From sequence record GQ478081.1: a stretch of DNA of 38,764 bases, one strand, 5' to 3'. Positions 24,547 through 34,512 of this stretch are shown piece by piece (position 1 is the stretch's first letter; each line of letters starts with the position of its first letter). A model generated the notes under the pieces. The model was not told where the DNA came from and did no database searches. It saw only the letters and a list, made by a program, of their open reading frames with translations. The position numbers and the translations under genes are program-made. This DNA comes from Enterococcus phage phiFL1A.

Positions 24547-24890
24547 GCAAAGTTATTCAAATTGTTGGACTGAAGGCATTTGTTCGTGGTGTTAAGAAGC
24601 AAACAGAAAAAACAGAACAGTCTATTCATAAAGAGCTACAAAAATCAGGATTTAGAGTTGAGAAAAGGGCTAAACAATTAGCACCGGTAGATACTGGATG
24701 GTTAAGAAGCAATATATATTCATATATGATGAACAGAATGTGTGTAAGTATAGACTCGCCTGCTAACTATTCAATTTTCATCGAAGAAGGAACACGCTTC
24801 ATGGCTGCTCAACCTTTCTTGTATCCTGCTGTTAAAGAAGAATATCCAACATTAATGAAGAATTTACAAAAGATAGTTGGAGGTAAATGA
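24543..24890 (+). CDS. HK97 gp10-family tail component
   Basis: Motif APVDTGWLRSNI is characteristic of the HK97 gp10 family. Confidence 0.6.
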   Translation: MSKVIQIVGLKAFVRGVKKQTEKTEQSIHKELQKSGFRVEKRAKQLAPVDTGWLRSNIYSYMMNRMCVSIDSPANYSIFIEEGTRFMAAQPFLYPAVKEEYPTLMKNLQKIVGGK

Positions 24891-24891
24891 A

Positions 24892-25248
24892 GTGGAACAT
24901 GCCCCAAATACTAAATTTTTAAAAGAGATTTCTGAAAAATTATATAAAACGGGAATCCCTATTTACTATAAACTTCCAGGGCCAGAAATTATTGAGCCTT
25001 TTTATGTTATTGGCAATCACTTTGACGATGATACAAAAAGTGCAAAGTTTGGTGCTGCAATAGTGAACACTGATTTACAAATAGATTTATTTTATCCAGT
25101 AAATAGTAGAGCAAAAGTCGAAGATGTAATATATCAAACCAAATCTGCTCTACGTACAAAGAAAATTAGTACAAATATTAGACCTGATAACACTATTGGT
25201 CGAGAAGTTTATCATGTCGTATTTAAAATATCTGATTATATTTTTTAG
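24892..25248 (+). CDS. tail terminator / tail completion protein (gp17-like)
   Basis: About 118 aa, immediately before the major tail gene. GTG at 24892 is 8 nt after GGAGG. The track start TTG at 24877 is an alternative. Confidence 0.5.
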   Translation: MEHAPNTKFLKEISEKLYKTGIPIYYKLPGPEIIEPFYVIGNHFDDDTKSAKFGAAIVNTDLQIDLFYPVNSRAKVEDVIYQTKSALRTKKISTNIRPDNTIGREVYHVVFKISDYIF

Positions 25249-25259
25249 GAGGAATTCAT

Positions 25260-25916
25260 ATGCCAGAAACAGTAAATAACGGAATTAAAAAATTTCAAGG
25301 AACACCTATTAGAGGAAATCGTGTTTGGTACTTTATTCAAAGCACACAAGTACCAATTGGATCTCCAGCTCTCTTGCCTGCATTTCAAACAGATGGTACT
25401 ACAACTATTGGTGGTGACAACATCGATGAACAAACAAAAATGGGGCGTATCATTTTAAAGTCAACTGATGAACATAGTATTGAATTGACCCAATACTTTG
25501 CTCCCGACGATGAATCAATTGATGTTATTGAAGAAGCCAAAAAGAATGGACATTCTGTTAAAGTATGGCGAGTTGTTGTTGACGATACTCTTGCAACGGA
25601 AGAAGGCGCCGGAACTAAAGCTTATCCAGCTAAATTTGGTTATGGTATCCCTGACGAATTAGAATATGCTGAAGGAGAAGATCTAGTTGAAATTAGCTAC
25701 ACATTAAATATTGTAGGGAAATTGCAAGACGGAACATTTCCTTTGTCAGATGAAGACGTTGCAATGGTCGAAAGTTTGTATCAATTCCAACGCCCAGGAG
25801 AAACTACTGGTGATTATAGCAATATTGATAATGGAACAACAACAACTACTTCCACAACTACTACAACAACATCTTCCACCACGACGACAACAACAACGCA
25901 GGCGTCTTCTAAGTAA
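25260..25916 (+). CDS. major tail (tube) protein with poly-Thr C-terminal tail
   Basis: 218 aa. Strong RBS AGGAGG. Position matches the major tail protein. C-terminus ...NGTTTTTSTTTTTTSSTTTTTTTQASSK. Confidence 0.7.
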   Translation: MPETVNNGIKKFQGTPIRGNRVWYFIQSTQVPIGSPALLPAFQTDGTTTIGGDNIDEQTKMGRIILKSTDEHSIELTQYFAPDDESIDVIEEAKKNGHSVKVWRVVVDDTLATEEGAGTKAYPAKFGYGIPDELEYAEGEDLVEISYTLNIVGKLQDGTFPLSDEDVAMVESLYQFQRPGETTGDYSNIDNGTTTTTSTTTTTTSSTTTTTTTQASSK

Positions 25917-26824
25917 TGAAATATATTCTTTGTCAACCTGCAATCACTCGTTTTAAATGGGAATTAGAGGTTTGTTTGACAAATTTGAAAAAACTAGGAA
26001 TTAAAGATATTGTGCTTATTTTTAGCAAGCATGATGAAACGATTCCTAGTTTTTTTGAAGAGAAATATGGCGTTGAAGTTCATGTTTATGAAGATTCTAG
26101 GGATGACAAAGGATATATCCCTTCAATCAAACCTTATCTATGGTGGAAATATTTAGAAGAGAATCCCAAACGAGAAAACGAACGATATATGTATATTGAT
26201 TCAGATGTTATTTTCAGAAAGAAAATTAATTTTAGAAAAATGCCATCAAAAAATGACGTATGGTATTGTTCTGATTGCAACGGTTATTTGAATTTAGATT
26301 ATATTCGTCAATGTAAAAATGGAGAAAAAATCTTAGCTGATATGGCAGATATTGTAGGTGTGACTGTAGATTCGTTAGAAACAATTAATAATAACTCTGG
26401 AGGAGCTCAGTGGGTTATTACACGTCCTAAGAAAGAATATTGGGAAAAAGTTTATCATGATTCAAATCGTCTTTATCGTTACCTTGATGCTCAACAAAGT
26501 AATATTCAAAAATGGACAGCTGAGATGTGGGCACAACTTTGGAATATGATGTTTTATAACATAGGTCCTAAAATTCATGATGAATTAAATTTTTGCTGGC
26601 CAACAGATCCGATAGAAAAATGGTACGAAACAAAAATATTACACAATGCAGGTGTAACTGAAAAAGATAAAGATTTATTTTTTAAAGGAAAATATGTTAA
26701 TACAAGTCCCTTTGAAGATGGGTTAGATAATATGGCTAAAGATAAAGCAACTATAAAATATATAGAAGCTATAAAAATGGCTAAAACAGGAGGAAATAAT
26801 ATATGTCATTTACAGTTGGATTAA
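25916..26824 (+). CDS. GT-A-type (DxD) glycosyltransferase-like protein
   Basis: 302 aa. KPYLWWKYLEENPKRENERYMYIDSDVIF resembles the sugar-binding DxD region of Gly_transf_sug/GT32-like enzymes. Start overlaps the major tail stop (TAATG), with no RBS of its own. Unusual position inside the tail module. Confidence 0.5.
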   Translation: MKYILCQPAITRFKWELEVCLTNLKKLGIKDIVLIFSKHDETIPSFFEEKYGVEVHVYEDSRDDKGYIPSIKPYLWWKYLEENPKRENERYMYIDSDVIFRKKINFRKMPSKNDVWYCSDCNGYLNLDYIRQCKNGEKILADMADIVGVTVDSLETINNNSGGAQWVITRPKKEYWEKVYHDSNRLYRYLDAQQSNIQKWTAEMWAQLWNMMFYNIGPKIHDELNFCWPTDPIEKWYETKILHNAGVTEKDKDLFFKGKYVNTSPFEDGLDNMAKDKATIKYIEAIKMAKTGGNNICHLQLD

Positions 26825-27279
26825 AAGGGAAACAATTAGAAATTAAATTTAACTATGGAATGTTATTTAAAGCTAATAAAAAGCTAGGTACAAAAGATGC
26901 TCAAGGTAACTCACAAAATGATGGCGCGGGTGTTCTTTTTGTAAAAGTTCTAGAAGAAGATGATGATGCGCTTTTTGATATTATCAAGTTGGCTTCAAAA
27001 GACAAAGTAACAGATGAAGACATTGCGAAGTCTGTTCAGGATTTTGTGGAAACTTTTGAAGATGAAGAAGAAGGATACAGCATGGTATTTGAAACGCTTA
27101 AACAAGAAATGTTGGATTCTGGTTTTTTCGTGAAGAAATTGAAGAAATATATCAGCAATCTGGAGAAAGCAGCAGATTACTTGAAGAGCCAACAACCGAC
27201 CGAAGAGATTCAAAATCCAGAGCAGCAAGCAAAAGCGGTCAAAGATTTAGCAGATCGAATCAAGAAAGAAATCTCATAG
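26803..27279 (+). CDS. tail assembly chaperone (gpG-like)
   Basis: 158-aa acidic protein immediately upstream of the tape measure. Contains the slippery site GGTTTTTTC (27121-27129) in frame as G GTT TTT TC. Confidence 0.65.
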   Translation: MSFTVGLKGKQLEIKFNYGMLFKANKKLGTKDAQGNSQNDGAGVLFVKVLEEDDDALFDIIKLASKDKVTDEDIAKSVQDFVETFEDEEEGYSMVFETLKQEMLDSGFFVKKLKKYISNLEKAADYLKSQQPTEEIQNPEQQAKAVKDLADRIKKEIS

Positions 27280-27593
27280 TGAATTGTGCTAGGCAAGGAT
27301 TAGTGGATATTCCATTAATTATGTCTTGTTATAAGTGGGAGTTAGAAGCGATTTTAGAAGGATTAGCTTTGAAAAGCGTAGATGAACAAGAACAAAAAGC
27401 TCATTATGCGTTTACTTTAAGATATGTTTTGAATGCAAAAAAGCCAAAAATAAAAAAGGTATTTGATAAAGAAAAAATTGAACGCAAAATAAAATCTATT
27501 TTTGCTACGACAAACGAAAAGGAAGAAACATACAATCGTGTGGAAAAGGCAAAAGAAGTGATGAACTATTTCAAAAATAAAAAGTGGGGGTGA
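27123..27593 (+). CDS. -1 frameshift extension of the tail chaperone (gpGT-like product)
   Basis: The -1 frame is open from 27102 through 27593. U UUU UUC heptamer at codon 107 of gpG. The fusion product would be about 263 aa, ending just before the tape measure start. Confidence 0.45.
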   Translation, partial: FFREEIEEIYQQSGESSRLLEEPTTDRRDSKSRAASKSGQRFSRSNQERNLIVNCARQGLVDIPLIMSCYKWELEAILEGLALKSVDEQEQKAHYAFTLRYVLNAKKPKIKKVFDKEKIERKIKSIFATTNEKEETYNRVEKAKEVMNYFKNKKWG

Positions 27594-27597
27594 GTAA

Positions 27598-30500
27598 ATG
27601 GCTTTTGAAGGTGCTATTAACGCTGTTATCGGTGCTGATTTGTCGCAATATAATGCTGCAATGAATAAAGTTTCATCTATAGCGAATAAAACTATGAATG
27701 ATGTTGCTAACATATTACAAAGCGGATCTATGAGTACTACTCAAAAAGTCGGTCAAATTATGAGTAAGTTAGCTGATCCGATGCTAAATAGCGTTTCTAA
27801 AGTTTTACCGCAAACTGTTGCATTATTTGAAAAAGCTGGCGGCGGTATTCAACGTGTAATTGCTGGAATCGGCGAAAAAATACCACAACCAATTAAAAAA
27901 GGGATGTCTGCTGCCAAGAATGCGGTTGTAAGTTCAGCTAAAGAAATGGGAGCTGGACTATCACAACAAACATCAATAATTGGTAAAGCATTTTCGACAG
28001 TTGCTTCTAAAATACCACAGCCTTTTAAAAGTGCATTTAAAGCTGTTGGATCAAGTGCTAGTGAAATAAGTTCAAAAATTACTACTTTGGGAACTAATAT
28101 AGGTTCGAAATTAACTGGAGCGTTTAATAGTGCTGGATCAAAAGCGTCTAACGCACTAAATAAGATGGTTTCAGGAACCAATAAAGCAGGATCAGCAACA
28201 GATGATTTAGTAAAAAAAATCATAGGTATTGGTGCAGCATACGCGGTAGCTCAAAAAGGCATATCAGCACTTTCTAGCGGATTTAAAGAAATTATAGGTG
28301 ACTTGAACCAAGGCTCAGCTACATGGAAAACTTTCAATGCTAATATGGAAAATATTGGTAAAGGAAAAGATGAAATAGCATCTGTAAAAAAAGAGCTACA
28401 GGATTTTGCCACTAAAACAATTTATTCTGCTTCTGAAATGGCTACTACATATAGTCAATTAGCAGCTGTAGGAATAAAAAATACTGACAAATTGGTTATG
28501 GGTTTTGGTGGATTAGCTGCGGCAGCTGAAAATCCGACACAAGCGATGACAACGCTAAGTCAACAAGCTACACAAATGGCTGCTAAACCGATGGTTCAAT
28601 GGCAAGATTTTAAATTGATGTTAGAACAAACTCCTGCGGGTATTGCAGCTGTTGCTAAAACTATGGGCATGTCAACCTCTGAAATGGTGACTGCGGTTCA
28701 AGATGGGAAAATTGCTACTCAAGATTTCTTTGATGCAATAACTAAAACTGGTACAAACGAAACGTTTTCAAAAATGGCTACCGAATATAAAACTGTCGGT
28801 CAAGCAATGGATGGCTTAAAGGAAACAATCACCAATAAATTACAACCGGCTTTTGATCAACTGTCTCAAGTAGGGATAGAAGCAGTAAGCAAATTAACAG
28901 ATAAAATTGGTGACTTTAATATGGATAAAATATCTGCAGCGGTAGATATTGCTACAAATGTTTTAAACCATTTTATAAATGGTACTGATTTGTCTAAAAA
29001 AAGTATTGATGCTTTAAAAGGTGCTATTCAAGGACTATTACCTATAGCTGCTGTATTGGGAAGCGCGCTAGTAGTCAGTAAAGCAGTTCCTGCAATTGCA
29101 TCTCTTTCAAGCGGATTTTCAGCATTTTCAGGAATATTAGGAGGTATGATAAGCGGACCGTTCAAAATGTTTAGTTCTGGATTAACAGGTTTAATAGGTT
29201 TAATTCCTAAAATAGGAAGTAGCTTATCCATGGCAAGTTCTGTTGGGATGGGAGCCTTAGGTGGCATGACTTCTGCAATGGGAACTATCATGCAAGTGGC
29301 TTTATCAGCTATAGGACCTGCAGCTATATTAGGGTTAGTTATAGCTGGATTGGGATTAATAAATAATCAATTTGGAGCACAAATTGACCAATTATTAAAC
29401 ACAGTAACTACAAAAGGACCAGAAATTATAACTAATCTTGTTAATGGTATTACCTCACAATTGCCACAACTTATGCAAAGTGGCACTGAATTAATTGCTA
29501 AACTAGCTAGTGCTATATCTACAATGATTCCAGTAATCATAGATGCAGGTATGAAGATTATTGGAAGTCTTGTACAAGGTGTAGGACAAAATGCACCTTC
29601 TCTTATAAATTCAGCTTTAGAAGTTATTACTTCATTTTTGAGCTCCATAGCAAGTGCATTGCCTGAATTATTAAAAATGGGAATGGAACTTTTGCTGAAT
29701 ATAGTTAAAGGAATCATTCAAAATATACCCAAAATAGTTGAATCAGTAAAAAAAATCTTGGATTCGTTTGTTAATTCTGTAATGGAAAATCTACCTCAGA
29801 TTATAGATACGGGTATTCAGATTCTTCAGAATTTAATTGATGGTCTTACTCAATTACTGCCACAAATTTTACCTGTCGCATTAAACGCGATTCTAACATT
29901 AATCCAAGGTTTAATGGATAATATACCTAAGCTTTTAGATGGAGCAGTCCAAATAATAAATTCATTATGTAATTTTATTGTAGAAAACTTACCTATGATT
30001 CTAGATGCTGCAATGCAAATTATTATGGCCTTGGTTAATGGTATTGTAGAAAATTTACCTAACATTGTCTCTTCAGGGATACAAATCATTATGACGTTGA
30101 TTGGCACGGTAATCCAGATGCTACCACAAATTATTGCTGCTGGATGGGATATTATTAAAGCTCTTGCTGGTGCTATTTTAGAGGCTATTCCTAATGTTTT
30201 AAAAGGAGCTTGGGATGGTATTAAAAATGGGTTTTCAAATTTATGGAACACAATAACGGGTAAGTCATCTGAAACAAGCTCAAAAGTATCAAATGATGCT
30301 ACAACTACAGCTACAAATTTGAGTTCATCTTATGGACAAGCAAGTTCAAATGTTGCTAATTCAATGAACAACATGAATCTAAATGTAGGTAATTTGAGTA
30401 CACAAGCCTCAAACAATGCAATTAATGCTTCTAATGCAGCTAAAGATGGTACGTCTTCAAACTATAATCTACTAGCTACAAATGTATCAGGAACGATGAA

Positions 30501-31512
30501 TAACCTTAATAGTGTAGTAAGTTCAAATTCAACTAAAGCAGCAAATGCTGCAACAAAAGAGTCTAATAGTGCACTAAATGGTGTCTCTAGTGACTATAAT
30601 AGTATTTTATCTAATGTTAATCAGGCTACCTCTGGCACTGCGAATGCTGTTGGCACTAATATGAATCAAGCTACCCAACAAGCTTCTAGTGCCTCTAACC
30701 AAATGTTTCAAAATGTATCAAATAATACACAAAATATTAATAATAAATCTTCGCAAGACATTTCACAGATGTCAAACAATGTAACGAAGTCCATGAACTC
30801 AATGAAGTCAAATGTGACAGGTACAATGAATAGTGTTGTTAGTACTATTAACGGGGGATTCAGTAGGATAAATTCTGCAAATACTCAAGCATTCAATTCA
30901 ATGGCAAATAATGTTCAAAATGGTATGAATAGAATGAATAGTGCCGTTATGAATAGCATGAATTCAATGACAAGCATAATGATTTCTTCCACGAGTCGAA
31001 TAAACTCCATTTTTAGTGGATTGACTTCAACGCTTTCTAATATCGGTTATAATGCAGGTATAGGTTTGAGAAATGGTTTAGCAAATTCTGCGGGTTCTAT
31101 TTACGCAACTGCTAGTAATATAGCTAGTAACGTAGCCCGTACTATGAGGAAAGCACTGGACATTCATTCGCCATCACGTGTTACCGATAAAATTGGGGGA
31201 TTTGTTGGGATGGGTTTAGCTAACGGCATGTCAAGAATGCAAAAGCAAGTTGATAGACAAGCGTTAGCATATGCAACATCAATAAAATCACAAGAATATG
31301 AAGCAAATTCTGTTTTAACGGCGGATACTAGAAATGTCTCTAATAAGCTTTCTTCATCTATGAATGAATTAAGCGAAGAAGTTAAAACTAGTCAATTACA
31401 AGAACCAGTATTTGAAGTTCATACCGAACTTGTTGGAGATAAAATATACACAATTGTTAAACAAAAAGAAGCAAGAAATCAAAATAAAGTTAATTTGGTT
31501 AACAAGAAATAG
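27598..31512 (+). CDS. tape measure protein
   Basis: 1304 aa. Long helical, Ala/Gly/Ile-rich repeats. Internal hydrophobic segments. C-terminal Ser/Asn/Thr-rich low-complexity region. Confidence 0.9.
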   Translation: MAFEGAINAVIGADLSQYNAAMNKVSSIANKTMNDVANILQSGSMSTTQKVGQIMSKLADPMLNSVSKVLPQTVALFEKAGGGIQRVIAGIGEKIPQPIKKGMSAAKNAVVSSAKEMGAGLSQQTSIIGKAFSTVASKIPQPFKSAFKAVGSSASEISSKITTLGTNIGSKLTGAFNSAGSKASNALNKMVSGTNKAGSATDDLVKKIIGIGAAYAVAQKGISALSSGFKEIIGDLNQGSATWKTFNANMENIGKGKDEIASVKKELQDFATKTIYSASEMATTYSQLAAVGIKNTDKLVMGFGGLAAAAENPTQAMTTLSQQATQMAAKPMVQWQDFKLMLEQTPAGIAAVAKTMGMSTSEMVTAVQDGKIATQDFFDAITKTGTNETFSKMATEYKTVGQAMDGLKETITNKLQPAFDQLSQVGIEAVSKLTDKIGDFNMDKISAAVDIATNVLNHFINGTDLSKKSIDALKGAIQGLLPIAAVLGSALVVSKAVPAIASLSSGFSAFSGILGGMISGPFKMFSSGLTGLIGLIPKIGSSLSMASSVGMGALGGMTSAMGTIMQVALSAIGPAAILGLVIAGLGLINNQFGAQIDQLLNTVTTKGPEIITNLVNGITSQLPQLMQSGTELIAKLASAISTMIPVIIDAGMKIIGSLVQGVGQNAPSLINSALEVITSFLSSIASALPELLKMGMELLLNIVKGIIQNIPKIVESVKKILDSFVNSVMENLPQIIDTGIQILQNLIDGLTQLLPQILPVALNAILTLIQGLMDNIPKLLDGAVQIINSLCNFIVENLPMILDAAMQIIMALVNGIVENLPNIVSSGIQIIMTLIGTVIQMLPQIIAAGWDIIKALAGAILEAIPNVLKGAWDGIKNGFSNLWNTITGKSSETSSKVSNDATTTATNLSSSYGQASSNVANSMNNMNLNVGNLSTQASNNAINASNAAKDGTSSNYNLLATNVSGTMNNLNSVVSSNSTKAANAATKESNSALNGVSSDYNSILSNVNQATSGTANAVGTNMNQATQQASSASNQMFQNVSNNTQNINNKSSQDISQMSNNVTKSMNSMKSNVTGTMNSVVSTINGGFSRINSANTQAFNSMANNVQNGMNRMNSAVMNSMNSMTSIMISSTSRINSIFSGLTSTLSNIGYNAGIGLRNGLANSAGSIYATASNIASNVARTMRKALDIHSPSRVTDKIGGFVGMGLANGMSRMQKQVDRQALAYATSIKSQEYEANSVLTADTRNVSNKLSSSMNELSEEVKTSQLQEPVFEVHTELVGDKIYTIVKQKEARNQNKVNLVNKK

Positions 31513-31523
31513 AGGAGGACACT

Positions 31524-32378
31524 ATGGACTTAAAAATAGAAAAGGAAAACTTATCTACAAGGATGTCTTCCCTAGGTGTCCTTGTGATAGATATTAATTC
31601 CACTAATTCTATTGTTGAAATTAATACTAAAAAAATAGACGGAACTAACCGAAGTCTATTTTTGGGAGCCACTCATAGTGAGAAAAAAATCACTGTGAGT
31701 GGTTATTATTATGTAGAAAATGAACTTCAAGATGAGTACATGAAAGATAAATTGAATGGTACTTTTGCAGACACAGAACCATTTTATATAACTAAAATGT
31801 ATACTAATCAAAGCTTATATGGTTATGAGCGACCTGGAGAAAAGCAAGGTTTCGATATGTTGAGAGTTGATAAGCAACGTCAATATCATTATAGATATAA
31901 AGTGTTATTAGACGGAGAAATCAATTATGATTTTCAAGGTTTTAGTGATGTAGGCCTTCTATACGAAGTATCACTAACATTTAAGACGGTAGATTTACCA
32001 TTTGGAATTACCATCCCTGATGATATAGAAATAACAAATTCTAAAATGATTGAATATCGCGGTACTGTTCCTTGCAGTCAATTAGAATGGCCATGGAAAG
32101 TGCAAATTATTGCAAAAAAAAATTTAGGGGCTGAATTTAAATTATCTATTGATGAACGAGAGTTTAAGTATGTTGGTAAAAGAAATATTTTATCCGGCGA
32201 TAAATTTTTGTTAGAAGGAACATCTTTCACTCTTAATGGTTTAAATATTAATGATCAGACAAATATTGAATATTTTATTTTAAAGCCAAATGAGGTTGGT
32301 TTTATACCGTTTTCTACATCTTTTAACATTGGTGAAGTAGAAATAAATATATTGAATAAAGTTGACTTATATAGATAA
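31524..32378 (+). CDS. distal tail protein (Dit)
   Basis: 284 aa directly after the tape measure. Sipho_tail-like. Confidence 0.8.
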   Translation: MDLKIEKENLSTRMSSLGVLVIDINSTNSIVEINTKKIDGTNRSLFLGATHSEKKITVSGYYYVENELQDEYMKDKLNGTFADTEPFYITKMYTNQSLYGYERPGEKQGFDMLRVDKQRQYHYRYKVLLDGEINYDFQGFSDVGLLYEVSLTFKTVDLPFGITIPDDIEITNSKMIEYRGTVPCSQLEWPWKVQIIAKKNLGAEFKLSIDEREFKYVGKRNILSGDKFLLEGTSFTLNGLNINDQTNIEYFILKPNEVGFIPFSTSFNIGEVEINILNKVDLYR

Positions 32379-32388
32379 GGAGTAAGTA

Positions 32389-34512
32389 GTGATGGTTCAA
32401 TTCATAGATACAGATGGAAATACTTTTATTGCATTGGCAGATATATCTTTCGTTAGAAGCCTAAATGGTGAAAAATCAATTAGCGGTACTATATATACTA
32501 ATAATGATGTCCTTCACAGAATAGACAGAGGTTGGCAAGTAGAATTTGAAAATGAAAAATACTATTTAACTTATGCCATGCCAACTGATTATGGAAATAA
32601 TATTACTGTTGAATTTGATGCCATACATGAATTTTTCTTTAGAATGGGTAAATCATGCGTGTATGATACTTTAAACGGTTCAAATACTGCAAAAGCTTAT
32701 CTAGATTTTATTTTTAAAAACAGTGGTTTTACTTATTCACTAGCTACTACTATACCAGCATTCGAAAAAGAAAATTTTGGAATGAAAAATAGATTAGCGT
32801 TATTTAATGACTTTATAAATAGTACTAACACTGAGTTTCAAATTATTGGTAATAACCTTTACATCGTTGACAAGATAGGCAGTGATTTATCAACGATTGT
32901 TCGTAAAGGTTTTAATATGCAAGAGTTAGGGTTAGAGCACAATATAAGTGATTTTGTTACGTATGCGAAAGGGTTTGGGGCGTACAAAGACCCAAATGAT
33001 GTTACTAAAGGAAGATTAATAGTTGAATATACCAGCCCATTAGCGGAAATTTATGGAAAGCTTGAGGCGGACCCAATTGTTGACGAACGCTATACTAAAG
33101 AAGATAGTTTTCTTGAACATTTAAAGGAAATTGTTGAATCTTCTTATAGTATCTCTGTTAATTTAACCGTAGAAGATTTGAGAAAAGTCGGGTATCAATA
33201 TGGGTTGCCTGAACCAGGAGATTACATTATGGCTGTTAATGAACAGTTAGGTTTTCAACAAAAAATAAGAATTGTTGGAGTAACTGAGAATTTTAATGTT
33301 ACTGGGGATTTAATTGAAAATAATATAACATGTAATTCACTAAACTTAGTTGATAAGAAGAACCAAGCTGATGCTAGTAACGCTCAATCATGGTCAGATA
33401 TATCTAACGGAATAAAGCCTATTCCAAATGAATGGTTAACAGCAGCAATCCAACAAGCAACTTCTGATTTAATCAATTCACAAACGGAAGTGAAATATGC
33501 CAAGACAGGTATTCTTGCCATTGATAAGAATGACTCAAATAAAATAGTTATATTAAACTCTGTGGGTATCGGAATTTCAACGGATGGGGGGAAAAGCTTT
33601 GAGAATGCAATAACTGCTAACGGAATAAACGCCTCTGCTATAAATACTGGAATTTTAAAAGCGATAGCTATTGAAGGTGTAACAATTTCAGGTTCAGTTA
33701 TTACATCCATCGGAAAAGACTTTTCTTTAAAAGAGGACAATGGGGCAATAACTTGGACGCGAAATAGTGATGGAAAAGAAATATTTAAATTTTACACTAC
33801 TTTAATTAATCAAAAAGAAGGAAATGTTAGATTAGATGTTTCAGACGAAGGTTCTTTTACGATATTTAATAAAAAGCTTAATAAGGCATTTCTAACATTT
33901 TTTGGCGCAACAAATAATATGTCAGGATCTGCAAACTTAGATAACTTTTATGTTGTTGGTAATGGTCATAGTTTGAATTTTGCACCTGGGAGCTTTGGTT
34001 ATTCTTCTACAGCTAGTAATAGTCCTAGTTTAAATGTGAGTAGCAATGGTTTTAGTATAGGGAATAATGATACTAAAGTATTAGGATCATCTGGAGGAAG
34101 GATTAGTATATCCGCTACTTCTACAAGCGTCACAGGAAATCTTAGTGTTACTGGTTCCAAAAACTCTCTTGTGGATACACTGTCATACGGTCATCGACTG
34201 TTAAACGCCTACGAAACGCCAGAATATTATTTTGCTGACTATGGTAAAGCAATTACAGATTCTGATGGTGAAATAAAAATAGATATTGAACCTATTTTTT
34301 TAGAAACGGTGAATACTGAAAGTGAAAATTATCATGTTATGTTAACTCCTTATAGTAAAGGAAATATATGGGTAGAAGAAACTAAAGAAAAATATTTTGT
34401 AGTCAAAAGCGACCCAGCGCTAATAGAATTTAGTTGGAACCTTGTTGCGTATCGAAAAGGTTATGAAGAGGTTAGACTGACACAACAAAAAGAGGAGGGT
34501 TATGAAACATGA
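32389..34512 (+). CDS. tail-associated lysin / Tal (Prophage_tail family)
   Basis: 707 aa. N-terminus typical of the prophage-tail (gp21/Tal) family. Glycine/Ser-rich C-terminal extension. Confidence 0.8.
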   Translation: MMVQFIDTDGNTFIALADISFVRSLNGEKSISGTIYTNNDVLHRIDRGWQVEFENEKYYLTYAMPTDYGNNITVEFDAIHEFFFRMGKSCVYDTLNGSNTAKAYLDFIFKNSGFTYSLATTIPAFEKENFGMKNRLALFNDFINSTNTEFQIIGNNLYIVDKIGSDLSTIVRKGFNMQELGLEHNISDFVTYAKGFGAYKDPNDVTKGRLIVEYTSPLAEIYGKLEADPIVDERYTKEDSFLEHLKEIVESSYSISVNLTVEDLRKVGYQYGLPEPGDYIMAVNEQLGFQQKIRIVGVTENFNVTGDLIENNITCNSLNLVDKKNQADASNAQSWSDISNGIKPIPNEWLTAAIQQATSDLINSQTEVKYAKTGILAIDKNDSNKIVILNSVGIGISTDGGKSFENAITANGINASAINTGILKAIAIEGVTISGSVITSIGKDFSLKEDNGAITWTRNSDGKEIFKFYTTLINQKEGNVRLDVSDEGSFTIFNKKLNKAFLTFFGATNNMSGSANLDNFYVVGNGHSLNFAPGSFGYSSTASNSPSLNVSSNGFSIGNNDTKVLGSSGGRISISATSTSVTGNLSVTGSKNSLVDTLSYGHRLLNAYETPEYYFADYGKAITDSDGEIKIDIEPIFLETVNTESENYHVMLTPYSKGNIWVEETKEKYFVVKSDPALIEFSWNLVAYRKGYEEVRLTQQKEEGYET

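Noticed and set aside
25746-25956. Two ORFs (68 aa Q/L/P/R-rich on the plus strand, 65 aa Cys/Arg-rich on the minus strand) over the end of the major tail gene
   Set aside because: They are alternative-frame or antisense readings of the ACN-codon Thr repeat at the major tail C-terminus and the downstream gene start. They have no RBS and are pure low-complexity artifacts.
27849-30251. Minus-strand ORFs inside the tape measure gene (27849..28223, 29028..29291, 29367..29717, 29850..30251)
   Set aside because: All antisense to the 1304-aa tape measure ORF, produced by its repetitive GC-skewed codon usage. No start signals.
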